Origin: Octopus sinensis
Lineage: Eukaryota
DNA length: 64,000 nucleotides
Direction of reading: 5' to 3'
NCBI RefSeq assembly: GCF_006345805.1
Contig: NC_043015.1
Span: 13,516,001-13,580,000, forward strand
Positions 52,447 through 64,000 of the stretch are shown here, in pieces. Each line of letters opens with the position of its first letter. Position 1 is the first letter of the stretch. The translations under genes and the position numbers were made by a program. A model generated the notes under the pieces. That model was not told the DNA's origin. It made no database searches and saw only the letters and a program-made list of their open reading frames with translations.

Positions 52447-53209
52447 TAATGTGTTATAATAATATACCGACGTAAATAGATGTTTAGTGGAACTCCCCAT
52501 AATCTTCCTTTGGACTTTTATCAAAAACGTTTCTTCACTAAGAAATCAAATATATATTTACATTTAATGACTTACAATTTATATTCATTATTAAGAAAAA
52601 TAAAGAGTATTTTCTTCTTTTTGTATATTTTCCATACCTGACTTGCAAACGGAATATGTCTCGGAGCATATTATTAATAAAATCTGTTAAAGAATTAACG
52701 TCGGTAAAAATAATCATTATTTATTTTACAATCAGTCAAGGAGTGAAATGATACCAAAAAGAAAGGAAATGGAACTGAAAATTCAGTATCGAAAGAGGGT
52801 CGAAGAGAATATCTTTTGTGCTTTGGTTACCTTCCCTCCTTCGGAAATCGATAACGTAAGAACTAGACGAAGTATTTGGGGGCCACTATAACCAACTAAA
52901 CCATTGAACGCGTTATCCCTGTATGATTGCAGTTCAATGATCGAACTCAGCCAAAGAAAAAAAGGAAAAATGTAGACCGTCTAGCTAAATATCAAAACAC
53001 TGAGTGTTGATCTGAGAATATTGAAATAACAGTATAGAGGGGAAATTTTGAAAATCGCTTTATAAATGTTTAAATAGTATATGAAATAATATTGAAAATG
53101 TGAAATAAAGTTTTAAAATGTTCAATATCTCATTTAGCAATTTTATTTTTGTGGTTTAAAATCACACCACCATCCGCTAAGCTGAATTTTGTACTGAATA
53201 GTCATAAAA

Positions 53210-55300
53210 ATGGAAAGAGTATTCGTGGGATTACATAACTGCAGAGTTGCGCTTCAATCATACGTCACAGCTGCAATGAAACGGACATATGGCCAAGTCA
53301 ATGTAAAAATGAGGAAATGCGTGTTTACTGCACTAAATGGCACTCTCCAGTTTCCTGTCCCAAAAAGAATAAACCAAGACCAGAAGAGAAATTTATACAC
53401 TGCAATTCAAAATATAAAACATAAATAGAACACAAAATACGTCACCAAAGTTGTTAAATTATGCAACAGGAAATGAATAAAACAATCGTGAATGCTATAA
53501 ATGAGGAAGAGGATCAATTAACAGTAATAAAGTATGAATGGCAAAAACGGCCAACTTGATGACGTAAGCACTAACCATAATCTAAAATTCAATAGTACTC
53601 TACACCGAAAAGTAACTTATAAATAATGTATCAATGTTAAATGAATGTAACATATCAATCTTTCATCTTAATAGCCACAGCATTGAAAGCTTTACCCTCT
53701 AGGAACATTTAGGGCTTTTGAAACAAATCTAGTATGATTAGTTTCAATGGAAATGGCGTGGTGAAGTTAATTAAAATTTATATAACGTGATTATACACCC
53801 TGTAGTAAACCGTGAAGTATATATGAATAAAAGAAAAAATGTGGAGGAGTATCGATAATGGCTTCCAATTCTTTGACAGTTCAAATGTCATTCAAGAGCG
53901 ACATAAATTTTACTTTCTCATGAGAATATATTCTGACAGAAGTCGTATGATCAAACATTGTAGCAGGATGTATTCATAGGCCACTTAAATCTAAAACATA
54001 TTTTTGCAGAACTAAAACTTCACACTGATTCAAATAGAAAATATTGAAAGGAAGTGATTTATTCTGGGCCTTAAGTCCTCAACTCCTGATAAAGTTATAA
54101 TGTAGAGTGACTCGGACCTTTTTTTACAGCTGGCAGCGCCCATCACTCTCCATTTCTGATTATAACCGATCTTTTTCCAGAAAGAGCGACACAGGGGTGA
54201 TTCTTTATTTATCGACCCTGAAATGACAACAGGCAGGGTTGGCTTCGATAGTATTCGAATTCAAGGTGCAGTGAGCCAAACGAATACCGCAAAGTAATCT
54301 AGCCGAAGCACCTACAACTTGGCCAATTTAGCAATCTTATCATAAATACCAGTGAAATAGATAATTCACAAGAGGAAAGAAATCTTTTAACCAAACAATT
54401 CTTTTTATACACAGAGAATCAACAATTGATTATATAAGCTCAAATATATGCAATATACATCATTTTTTCAGTGCAATATCGAGTTCCGACATTTCAGATC
54501 ATTTACCTATATTTACTATAATGAGATAAAGACATAGGTGGATCAATAGTAAATATATTTATACAGTAGTAAATGCAACTACAGTAATAAAACTCAAGAA
54601 ATTGGTTGTGAGTAAAAGCATTAAAAAGATATGTGACTGTAATGATCCAAATTCTGTATACATTTTGATTAAAACTTTAAATAATGAAATTTCTGAATGC
54701 ATACCGATTAAAGCAAGCACTAATATCAACCATTCACAGCCTCAGTACATCAAACCAAGCCGACGGTGTCTCCATAGAGAAACCGTTTGCTTGGCTGATG
54801 TACTGAGGACGTCTTTCGAAATCAGTACGACAATCAAGCGATCTTCAAAGACCAAAAATACAGTCACTACGCTTATTAAGGGATCTTTTGATAAGCGTAG
54901 TTATAGTCCTGACAAAAAGAGGACTGTAGCTTTGAGGTGTTGCTGACCGCCTACAAAAAAAATAGATCAACTGCATATATATATAGGACGGTGTTGTTAC
55001 TATACATACAAGTACTTTAAACCGATTTGTTACTAAAACACTTCAATGAATTTTTCACTTGACCATCGGTACAAAGCGAGCCGATGCACTATATAAAACA
55101 GAGTATCCGGACCATCTCCACAGTTATCAAAAGGAAACTACTCCATGAAGCTTATCGCATCAGCTGACCATGAATTGTCGAGCTGTCCGGGAAAATGTGC
55201 TTCCAAAGAATATTTCTGATCTCCATCTGACACCGGTTGTTTTAATAACTGATAACAACGCCTGGAATCTTTAAAACAGAAGAAATTGGAAGTAAGAATA
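53210..55300 (+). mobile_element. Possible highly decayed LINE (ORF1 zinc knuckles plus ORF2 remnants)
   Basis: 'CKNEEMRVYCTKWHSPVSCPKK...IHCNSK' resembles gag-like CCHC knuckles; 'IVAGCIHRP' resembles APE 'I.G.IYRPP'. Weak. Confidence 0.35.
54740..54808. ncRNA. 69-nt hairpin, pre-miRNA-like
   Basis: 13-bp perfect basal stem CCTCAGTACATCA/TGATGTACTGAGG, then 6-, 5- and 4-bp helices and a CATA loop. Confidence 0.3.
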
Positions 55301-55505
55301 ATTCTTTTTTTAATAAATTCTCCAGTAACACATACACATTCACATATAACACACTCAAACAAATATATGTAATGCATTTTCGTGTTTGAGATTCATTTAA
55401 ATTCTTCTTCGCAGAATTCAGGCCGGACACTAACGAAGTAACAAAGTTCCCTTGTTTGAATCGCGATAATTCCTGGGTTATGTGAATAAGTGAGTTAATA
55501 TGTGC

Positions 55506-55636
55506 ATGCATACATACATACATACAAACAGACAGACAGGCACACACACACACACATACATACATACATACATACATACATACATACATACATACATACA
55601 TACATACATACATACATACATACATACATACATACA
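55506..55636. repeat. (CATA)n microsatellite
   Basis: Direct reading. Confidence 0.95.
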
Positions 55637-56199
55637 TGCATATATACACACACATATGTATGTACGGAGGCAATTACGCAGATAAGCAAATTAGATATGT
55701 TAAATATAACAGTTTGGGTATGAAATACGAAATATGTATATATGTATTCATGCAAAACGAGAGAAAGCAAAAAGTGGAGACTTTCAGACGATGAATATTT
55801 AAGTATAAACATATTGATATTTATATTCATAGATCCATCTTACACAGAGTACAAACGACAAAGAAAATTAAAGTGTTGGAAGAAAGGTGTTACAAGTCCA
55901 ATAGCGGTTTCTGGGGACTCTGAGATCCATCATAATGTTGGTAGATGTAGTTCATCATAATATGTGGCCGTAATGGAAGCCATCAACATTGGATAAGACG
56001 AGCTTCCGTTATCAGGGTAGAAAAGATCTTACATTTCAGATCTTAATGCAGAGAAGTTCAAAGATAGGATCGATGAGTTGTTGCGTTAGAAGATGTTTCG
56101 TTCAATGCGGCAACAAAGTATAGAAAATAACACGGCAACAGCTGAGGACATGAATATCTTCTAAACGATATTCATCAGCATGAAAATAACTTGCTAGAA

Positions 56200-56900
56200 T
56201 ATACAAACAATTATTGACAATGAAAGCAGTGAACGACCTCGGCGAAGAAATGCCTTGAAAGTAATCTCACTTCGATACTGGCATTGTAGATATCTCAGAA
56301 AATCCTTTATCTGTTAATATAGATAAGTGGCTTCTGGAAAGAGAACCCCGCCAGGCAGGAGAGAAAAGAAAATGATGCCGGTTTTGCAATCAAAACATTA
56401 ATTAGGAAAAGCTCCATGCACTTCCTTTAAATTCATCTGCATCCTTCAACAGAAAGCAGTTAGTTCGTAATTGTATTGTGCATTTGCACTTATTGTGAAT
56501 CATTCTGAGGTTGAAATACTGTTGTTTAACACTGCTCTTTAAAAAATCCATGAGTAATATAACAAAAGATGACAAAATTATTATTTTAGGCGATTTCAAT
56601 GCTAGAGTTATTTAGAACCACACGAGATTGGAAAATCAAATAACAATAATCTTCAGCTCTTAGAATTGTGCAATGAGAAGAGACTTGTAATGAGAAATAG
56701 ATGGTTTAGTCAAAAGGATAAATACAAAGATATTTGGAAAGTCACTCGCTCCAACTGCTGGCATATGATAAACTATAGGATAGACTATCATGATATCCAA
56801 GATCTTCAGAATGGAATGTTTGACCAAACACCATTTCAAGAGTTGATCTCAAACTTTGCCCCAAGTCAAAATACAATACAATCTCCCTCCCCAAATGTTT
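56200..56900 (+). mobile_element. RTE-clade LINE APE-endonuclease fragment
   Basis: 'DDKIIILGDFNARV', 'LLELCNEKRLVMRNRWFSQKDKYKDIW...RSNCWHMINY'. Confidence 0.8.
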
Positions 56901-57479
56901 AGATGTATCCAGGCTGAAATAGGTATTAAGGTTAATCTTACTGAAGCATTCCATCAGTATGACAAAAATAACGAGAGAGAAAATTTAAATTCAAAGTTTT
57001 TTTTTTTTTGCTTACCTTTGATATTTCAACTGCTAAAATAATATTTGGGTTTCGAAAGATAAAAGTATAAGTAATGGTTTACTAATAAATGTCTTCAAGT
57101 TTAGAAGTTAGAAACGTATGATTTCGTGGCTATGTGACTGATTCAAAGTGGTGTAGTTTATGAGTGCCTGTGCGTGTATGTGTGTGCGTGTGCGCGTGAC
57201 CACTTGCAAAAATTCGCGAGACATCATCAATTTGCAAATCTTTACCGTTGGAAATTGTAGATGCTTCCTGTATGCTCTTTCTGTTTTTGTGCAGCTTTTT
57301 AGTATTACGAAACGAAGTGACAATGTTACACAACGTTTTCAAAGTTGGTAAAGGATGTACATTGATTCAGACCTGAATTTTTAAAAAGAAACATGTATGA
57401 AACTAGAAGACACTTTATTATGGTAACTTACTATTACTTCAATGTATGGATCTTTTCTGTTATACATGGTTTACAGTTT

Positions 57480-58160
57480 TAGTTTCCGCTGAAATAGTGG
57501 TTGCTGAACGACATCCATGTTATCGTGATCCATTTCCCTCTCCTTAAGCTGAATAAGAAGAGATAACTATAAAATCAATTTCTAAATATAATGGTTGAGA
57601 CCCATGTAGCACCTTCCAGTTGCATTTGGGCGTGTTGCAGATGCTCTATATTTCTTCCTTGTCTTAATTATTGAGGGAACCCAGAGATCACGGATCGCAA
57701 TATGCCCCAATAACATTGTCAACACAACTACTTCATATTTCAACGGGACCCGAAACTGCAGGCTATGTCTATCTCAAAAGATTCGGGTAATAAAGTAAGC
57801 AGTAATATCACTCAACCAGAGATCAGAAACAGTTGGAGCTCGTCTCGTGCTCGGCTTCGACGAACGGCAGCAGTCACGCGCGGATCCGTTGCAACTTTCA
57901 CTCTTCCCTTTCTTTTGGACAGCTGCCATACGCTTGAAAATCCGCAATAAGTTGATACCATAAGATCCGTAGAGTGATTGCACTTTGATAGGTGCACATC
58001 TTGCCCAATTGCTTTCCCTTACACTGTCACAACATCCCTGGTCTGCTACCAGACTGGAGCTAACCAGTGAAAATCGTTCTTGTCGGTACTCTGCTAGCAC
58101 ATACCTTGATTCATTGAGTACTGCCTGAAGGAACGTCTGTGTACGACCACACAGTAACAA
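57480..58160 (-). mobile_element. Possible decayed mariner transposase
   Basis: 'KVQSLYG...RIFK', 'RSSKPST' and 'LGHIAIRDLWVP' weakly resemble the mariner HTH, 'RSGRP' and 'LG....ARWVP' motifs. Confidence 0.35.
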
Positions 58161-58189
58161 AACTAAACCCTGTGCTTCCGTTCACATAA

Positions 58190-58575
58190 CCTATGGCTGT
58201 GTGGTAAGAAGTTTGTTTCCTAACTATGTGGTTTGGGGTTCAGTCCCACTACATGGCGCTTGGACAAGTATTTTCTACTATAAACACGGGCCGACCAAAG
58301 CCTCGCGAAGGGAATCGGCTATCGGAAACTGTATAGAATCCCTTCATATTTATGTGCGTGCATGTGTGTGGGTGCGTGCGTGCGTGTGTGTTTTTTCCAC
58401 TCCCACCACTTGACGGCCTGTGTTGGTTTGTTTAGATGTTCATGATCTAGCGGTTCAGCAATTGAGACCAATAGAATATGTACCAGGCTTAAAAAACAAT
58501 AAGAACTGAGGTCGATTTGTTTGACGAAAAATCTTCATGGGCCGCCATCCACTGACAAACAAAATTAAAGATAAA
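58190..58575 (+). mobile_element. SINE family B (sense orientation)
   Basis: TGGCTGTGTGGTAAG A-box, GGTTCAGTCCC B-box-like, CTTGGACAAGTATTTTCTACTATA core. Confidence 0.85.
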
Positions 58576-58744
58576 AGAAAAAAGATTAAAAGTTTATTGT
58601 TTTGGTCTCTTAGCCTTTACTTGTTTCAGTCATTAGATTGCGACCATGCTGGACTCTTGTATCAACTTTATGTTTTAACAGCTTAAACGTCTTGGGCGAA
58701 GTTTTTCGTACTTTGTCAAAAATAAGAGAAGAAACAAAACTTCT

Positions 58745-59232
58745 ATTCTAGGAACAAGGCCCGAAATTTGGGGGGAGGGGGCCAGTCGATTAAATTGACC
58801 CCAGGACGCAACTGGTCCTTAATTTATCGACCCCGAAAGGATGAAAGGCAAAGTTGACCTCGGCGGAATTTGAACTCAGAACGTAGCGGCAGACGAAATG
58901 TCTATATCTTTACTATCCACAAGGGGCTAAACACAGAGGGGACAAACAAGGACAGACAAACGAAATACTGCAAAGCATTTCGCCCGGCCTGCCAGCTCGT
59001 CGCCTTCGGCAGACGAAATACCTATTTCTTTATTGCCCGCAAGGGGCTAAACATAGAGGGGACAAACAAGTACAGACAAATGTATTAAGTCGATTACATC
59101 GATCCCAGTGCGCAGCTGGTACTTAATTTATCGACCCCGAAAGGATGAAAGGCAAAGTCATCCTCGGCGGAATTTGAACTTAGAACGCAGCGGCGGACGA
59201 ATACCGCTAAGCATTTCGCACGGCGTGCAAGC
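58745..59232 (-). mobile_element. Compound array of SINE family A segments (A1 and A2 tails)
   Basis: Two heads, two bodies, two A2 tails and one A1 tail in one tract. Confidence 0.9.
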
Positions 59233-59292
59233 GTTTCTGCCAGAGAAACAAATATTGAATTCTTCTTTAACTTAAATTATGTCTTTCATCTT

Positions 59293-59720
59293 TTATCCTT
59301 TACTTGTTTCAGTCATTAGACTGTGGCCATGCTGGGGTACCGCCTTGAAGAACTTTTAGTCGCATGAATTGACCCCAGTACCTTTTCCTTTTCTTTTTTC
59401 TTTTTTTTGTAACCCTGGTAATTATTCTATAGGTCTCTTTTTCCGAACTGTTAAGGTACGGGGACATAAACATATCAACAACGGTTGTCAAACGGTGGGA
59501 GGAGAAACATACACACATACACGCACACACACACAAAACAAACACATATATATATACGGCGGGCTTCATTCAGTTTCCAACAATCAATTCCTACTGCAAG
59601 GCTTTGGTGGGCTCGGGGCCATAGTAGAAGACACTTGCCCAAGGTGCCACGCTATGGAACTGATCCCGAAACCATGTGGTTGAGAAGGAAGCTTCCTACC
59701 ATACAGAGACGCATGCAACG
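59293..59720 (-). mobile_element. SINE family B
   Basis: Same motifs as the other B copies. Confidence 0.85.
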
Positions 59721-60162
59721 GCATTTTATTTTTGTCTCTGGAACTTATCGATGAACGGAATAATTTTTAAGATTTTGTCTTTTTAAATAAGTTAGTTTCT
59801 CGAAAACATTTTTCTTCAAATGTAATTGTCTAGAAATCGACAATGTTACTCTAAATTTTTGGCTGCTACGTCCTCCCATAAATTTCCAAAGTTACATCTG
59901 TCAAATAGCAGTTTTTGATTGACACATGTAACACAGTGGGCGGGGCGTATCTGCGCTCGCGTCAGACTTCTTACTCCGTCTATTAAGTAGTACTCGCAGA
60001 CTTACATTACTTACCACTTTTGTGCGGTGTAATGTTCTGCTTAACGTCACTGTATCGTCACAGAACTCTCACCAAACCTCCTCAATGTATGCTCCTGACC
60101 CTATCCATCTTCTTCTTTCTGTATTTCGGTCGTTTTCATTGTCTGCCTATCGACCTAAATAG

Positions 60163-60194
<32 letters not shown>

Positions 60195-60206
60195 TATATA
60201 TATATA

Positions 60207-60302
<96 letters not shown>

Positions 60303-60388
60303 GTAAGTGGAGGAGACTATTTGTATCTCTTTATCAGTCAATCTGTTTAATTCCTCATATTAATCTGGCTATCATTTTAACTCTCTCG

Positions 60389-60459
<71 letters not shown>

Positions 60460-60460
60460 C

Positions 60461-60510
<50 letters not shown>

Positions 60511-60678
60511 TGCGTGTTCGTGTGTGTGTGGGCATACTTTTTGACATTTCCTCTCTTCTTTCATCTCTTCTTCCTTTCTTCCTCTCTATTCTTTATTTCT
60601 TCTTCTCTCATGTATCTATACACATACATATATGTGTGTGGATGAGTCTGTGGGTGTATATATGCACTCACACACACA

Positions 60679-60721
<43 letters not shown>

Positions 60722-61168
60722 TGTCACTCATTTTTTCTCATTCTCCCTCTCTCCCTCACACATACATACGCGCACACGCGCACACTCGCGCTCTTTCTCT
60801 TTCTCTCTTCTTTCGCTTTTAATTCTTTTGCCAAAAGCTCTTGGCTGAATTCTTTGTGTAGTATCTTTTACAGTCATCTATTTTCTGACACAGCTGTGAG
60901 ACGAGAGTAAGAGGGAACAGGTTTACTGTAACATATCACATTGTATAAACACGTGTCTTCATCGAAACAAGAGTTGCAGCTGGTTAAAACTGATAGGGTC
61001 TCTGGCTCAGTTCACCTGGCGGTCCAAAGGTCAGGGTCAGTTCAATACAGTAAATTTTGAGGTACTAGAAAATCATTGTTATATCTGGGGACGGTCATAT
61101 TCTTTTGCCAATTAATAACACGCACTGTATACTTGTTCACTTCAGCCTTGTTGTTATTATTATTATTA

Positions 61169-61210
<42 letters not shown>

Positions 61211-61211
61211 C

Positions 61212-61358
<147 letters not shown>

Positions 61359-61878
61359 GAGCGAGAGAGCAGTGCATGCCATCAGAGTGACACTGGGGTA
61401 AAATATACAAAGCCCAGTATACCCATCATGACTACCCGTCTGATAAGGATACACCAGGCACATGCATCACAACCATATGTACGCGACATGGTGATCTCAT
61501 ATCAAGATAAACAGCACATGACCTTGCTGGTGAGACCAGAATTTTCTTCTGGTCGAGTAACCCAACCCGCTCAAAAGGTCCTTGAATAAGGGTTGTTTAA
61601 GGATGTTGAACAAAACATGTTTCCAGAGGTGAATTATTCAAACCCCAAAGAATCCCTCTCAACACATGGCTATGATGCTCCCCCACTACTTCTGCTCGTG
61701 ATCAGAGATGCACATATCGTCAGCCACTACGGGAATGCTCAACTAGTTATGGTCAAACAACTGACAAGCAAATCTGTGGTATTGAGCAGAATATTTGCTG
61801 TAACCCATCTTTTATACCAAGACAAAACAATGTACATGATAACACTTCCAATCAGTTAAGATCAGAAGCCATGAGAGC
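61359..61878 (-). mobile_element. Element F, copy 2
   Basis: Homologous to 25582-26129; flanked by (TTA/TCA)n. Confidence 0.9.
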
Positions 61879-61953
<75 letters not shown>

Positions 61954-61984
61954 CCATCATCATCATTATTATTGTTATCAATCA

Positions 61985-62071
<87 letters not shown>

Positions 62072-62201
62072 GGATGGCAAGCTGGCAGAATCGTTAGCAT
62101 GCTAGGGCAAGATGCTTAGCAGATATTTGCTGTAGCCCATCTTTTATACCAAGTTATTATTATTATTATTATATTATTATTATTTTATTATTATTATTAT
62201 T

Positions 62202-62791
62202 GAGTGAGAGAGCAGTGCATGCCATCAAAGTGACACTGGGGTAAAATATACGAAGCCCAGTATACCCATCATGACTACCCGTCTGATAAAGGTACACTAG
62301 GCACATGCATCACAACCACATGTGCGCAACATGTTGATCTCATATCAAGATAAACAGCACATGACCTTCCAGGTGGGCCCAGTTATAATTTTCTTCTGGT
62401 CGAGGGACCTTTTGAGCGGGATGCTCAAAAGGTCCCTGAATAAGGGTTGTTTAAGGATGTTGAACAAAACATGTTTCCAGAGGTGAATTATCCAAACCCC
62501 AAAGAATCCCTCTCAACACATGGCTATGATGCCCCCCCACAACTTCTGCTCGTGATCAGAGATGCACATATCGTCAGCCACTAAGGGACATGCTCAACTG
62601 GTTAAGGTCAAACAACTGACAAACAAATCTGTGGTATTGAGCAGAATATTTGCTGTAGCCCATCTTTTATACCAAGACAAAACAATGTACATGATAACAC
62701 TTCCAATCAGTTAAGATCAGAAGCCATGAGAGCCACTGCCTGGTACTGCATCAGGGCATTGAGAGCCACTGCCTGGTACTGCATCAGGGCA

Positions 62792-62792
<1 letters not shown>
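62202..62792 (-). mobile_element. Element F, copy 3 (33-bp terminal tandem duplication)
   Basis: Highly similar to copy 2; GAGAGCCACTGCCTGGTACTGCATCAGGGCAT occurs at both 62728 and 62761; (TTA)n on both sides. Confidence 0.9.
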
Positions 62793-62858
<66 letters not shown>

Positions 62859-62870
62859 TTAGTGTATTTT

Positions 62871-62942
62871 GTCTAAAATCTTTCATCACACCTCCTGTGA
62901 CCTCTTCAGCGACTCTCTATCTCATGTGTCTCCTCCTGTTCT
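62871..62942 (-). repeat. Repeat family E, copy 3 (hammerhead-like core at 62871-62913)
   Basis: Reverse complement GAGGAGACAC...GTCGCTGAAGAGGTCACAGGAGGTGTGATGAAAGATTTTAGAC. Confidence 0.75.
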
Positions 62943-64000
62943 AGAAAATTGATTTCTGTTTAATAATTCCGTCAGTTATTTATGCTGAAACAGGGATGTA
63001 TATTCGATCGAATTTAACTGGCGTCTATTTTATCGGCCACGGAAATGTAAAATCGACCCCGACGGGTTTTCGAGGAGGGAAGTAATTACTGTAAGTCAAC
63101 TCTAGTTGTTTTGTTATAGTTCTTGCTGCTGCTGCTGCTGCTGTTTAGTAGTTTAGTACCATGACAGGCTTGATCCATGTCGTACCACGATGAAATACAT
63201 ACCAGCTTGTTTTCAAACATGGTGAATCTAGAACTACATCATCCAGAGTATTCTTCCTTCTTAACGGAGTACAATGTGACTTTAGGGAAATTTGGCTGCT
63301 ATTTCTAGCGGATAGAACTACGTCATTGGCTTATAAAGCAAGTTCTCAAGAGTGCAATGAGTTCAGTCGATAAGATGTCGGGCAACCAGCAGACAGATCG
63401 GTGGTTCGAGTTCTGTTCAAACACTGACATTAGCTTCTGTCCTAGATAAAGACACCTTCAGTTTGCAATGGGCCAGTCCATCAACCTGCAAATAGATACA
63501 CAGGGCGCTATAATCACTGCTGTAAGTAACGATAACGTTGTTAAACTAGAAGATGTTGTCCTGGATACAATTTCACTATTGAGAACGGTTTCCTATGAGA
63601 GGGGAGGGGGAGGGGCGAACTTTGTAATCTGCACAAAACTATGGCAATCTGCAATAAACACATCAAGTACTGAGCTGCCAAAGTTGGCACACTCGTATAG
63701 AATTGCTATTATTTTCATCCTGATATGCGTTTGGTACGACGCCCGAAATTTTTGGTTTGTTTTAGAAATTTTGTAAGGAGAAAAAAAAGAAGTTCCTCAG
63801 CTTTGCGTTTGCCATTCACCACATTTGCACTGAATTGCTCTATTATTTAAGTGTCAACCGAGAAGTTTTATTAATATTTAAGCAATAGTCCTAATCTAAA
63901 TAAATTCAAAGTTTACAATTGCCAATCGTCATCATGGCTTTCCATGAAACAAGATGAAGAAATAATTTTAGAACTTTGCCTTGCACTTTTCTTTTTCGTC

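Noticed and set aside
62700-62760. HDV-like ribozyme at the putative 5' end of element F
   Set aside because: P2-like (CCAGGCAGU/ACUGAUUGG) and P3/L3-like pairings exist, but only 6 nt remain for the P1 3' strand, P1.1 and P4, so the canonical fold does not fit.

Overview
AT-rich, microsatellite- and transposon-dense eukaryotic DNA. The repeat families look like those of an octopus (coleoid cephalopod); this is an inference from recalled sequence, not a database match. One protein-coding gene is supported: a + strand SLC22/Orct-like MFS transporter. Nine coding exons (2137-42699) were reconstructed by hand with consistent GT-AG phases, giving about 515 aa. The first coding exon (TM1) appears to lie upstream of the window. 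Nearly all ORFs in the supplied track are artefacts of microsatellites or transposon remnants. The rest of the window holds at least four tRNA-headed SINE families, Tc1/mariner derivatives, fragments of RTE, CR1/Jockey and L1-Tx1 LINEs, and many REL-endonuclease (R4/Dong-like) LINE pieces. Highlights: (1) a composite element of Pol III tRNA-like head, (AAT)n and a minimal hammerhead ribozyme, plus hammerhead-like cores in two other repeat families; (2) REL-LINE fragments and a 550-bp non-coding element stacked at (TAA)n runs; (3) several long intronic inverted repeats that could form dsRNA; (4) a tandemly duplicated splice acceptor behind the penultimate exon; (5) a pre-miRNA-like hairpin. Repeat boundaries are approximate; exon boundaries are exact counts.
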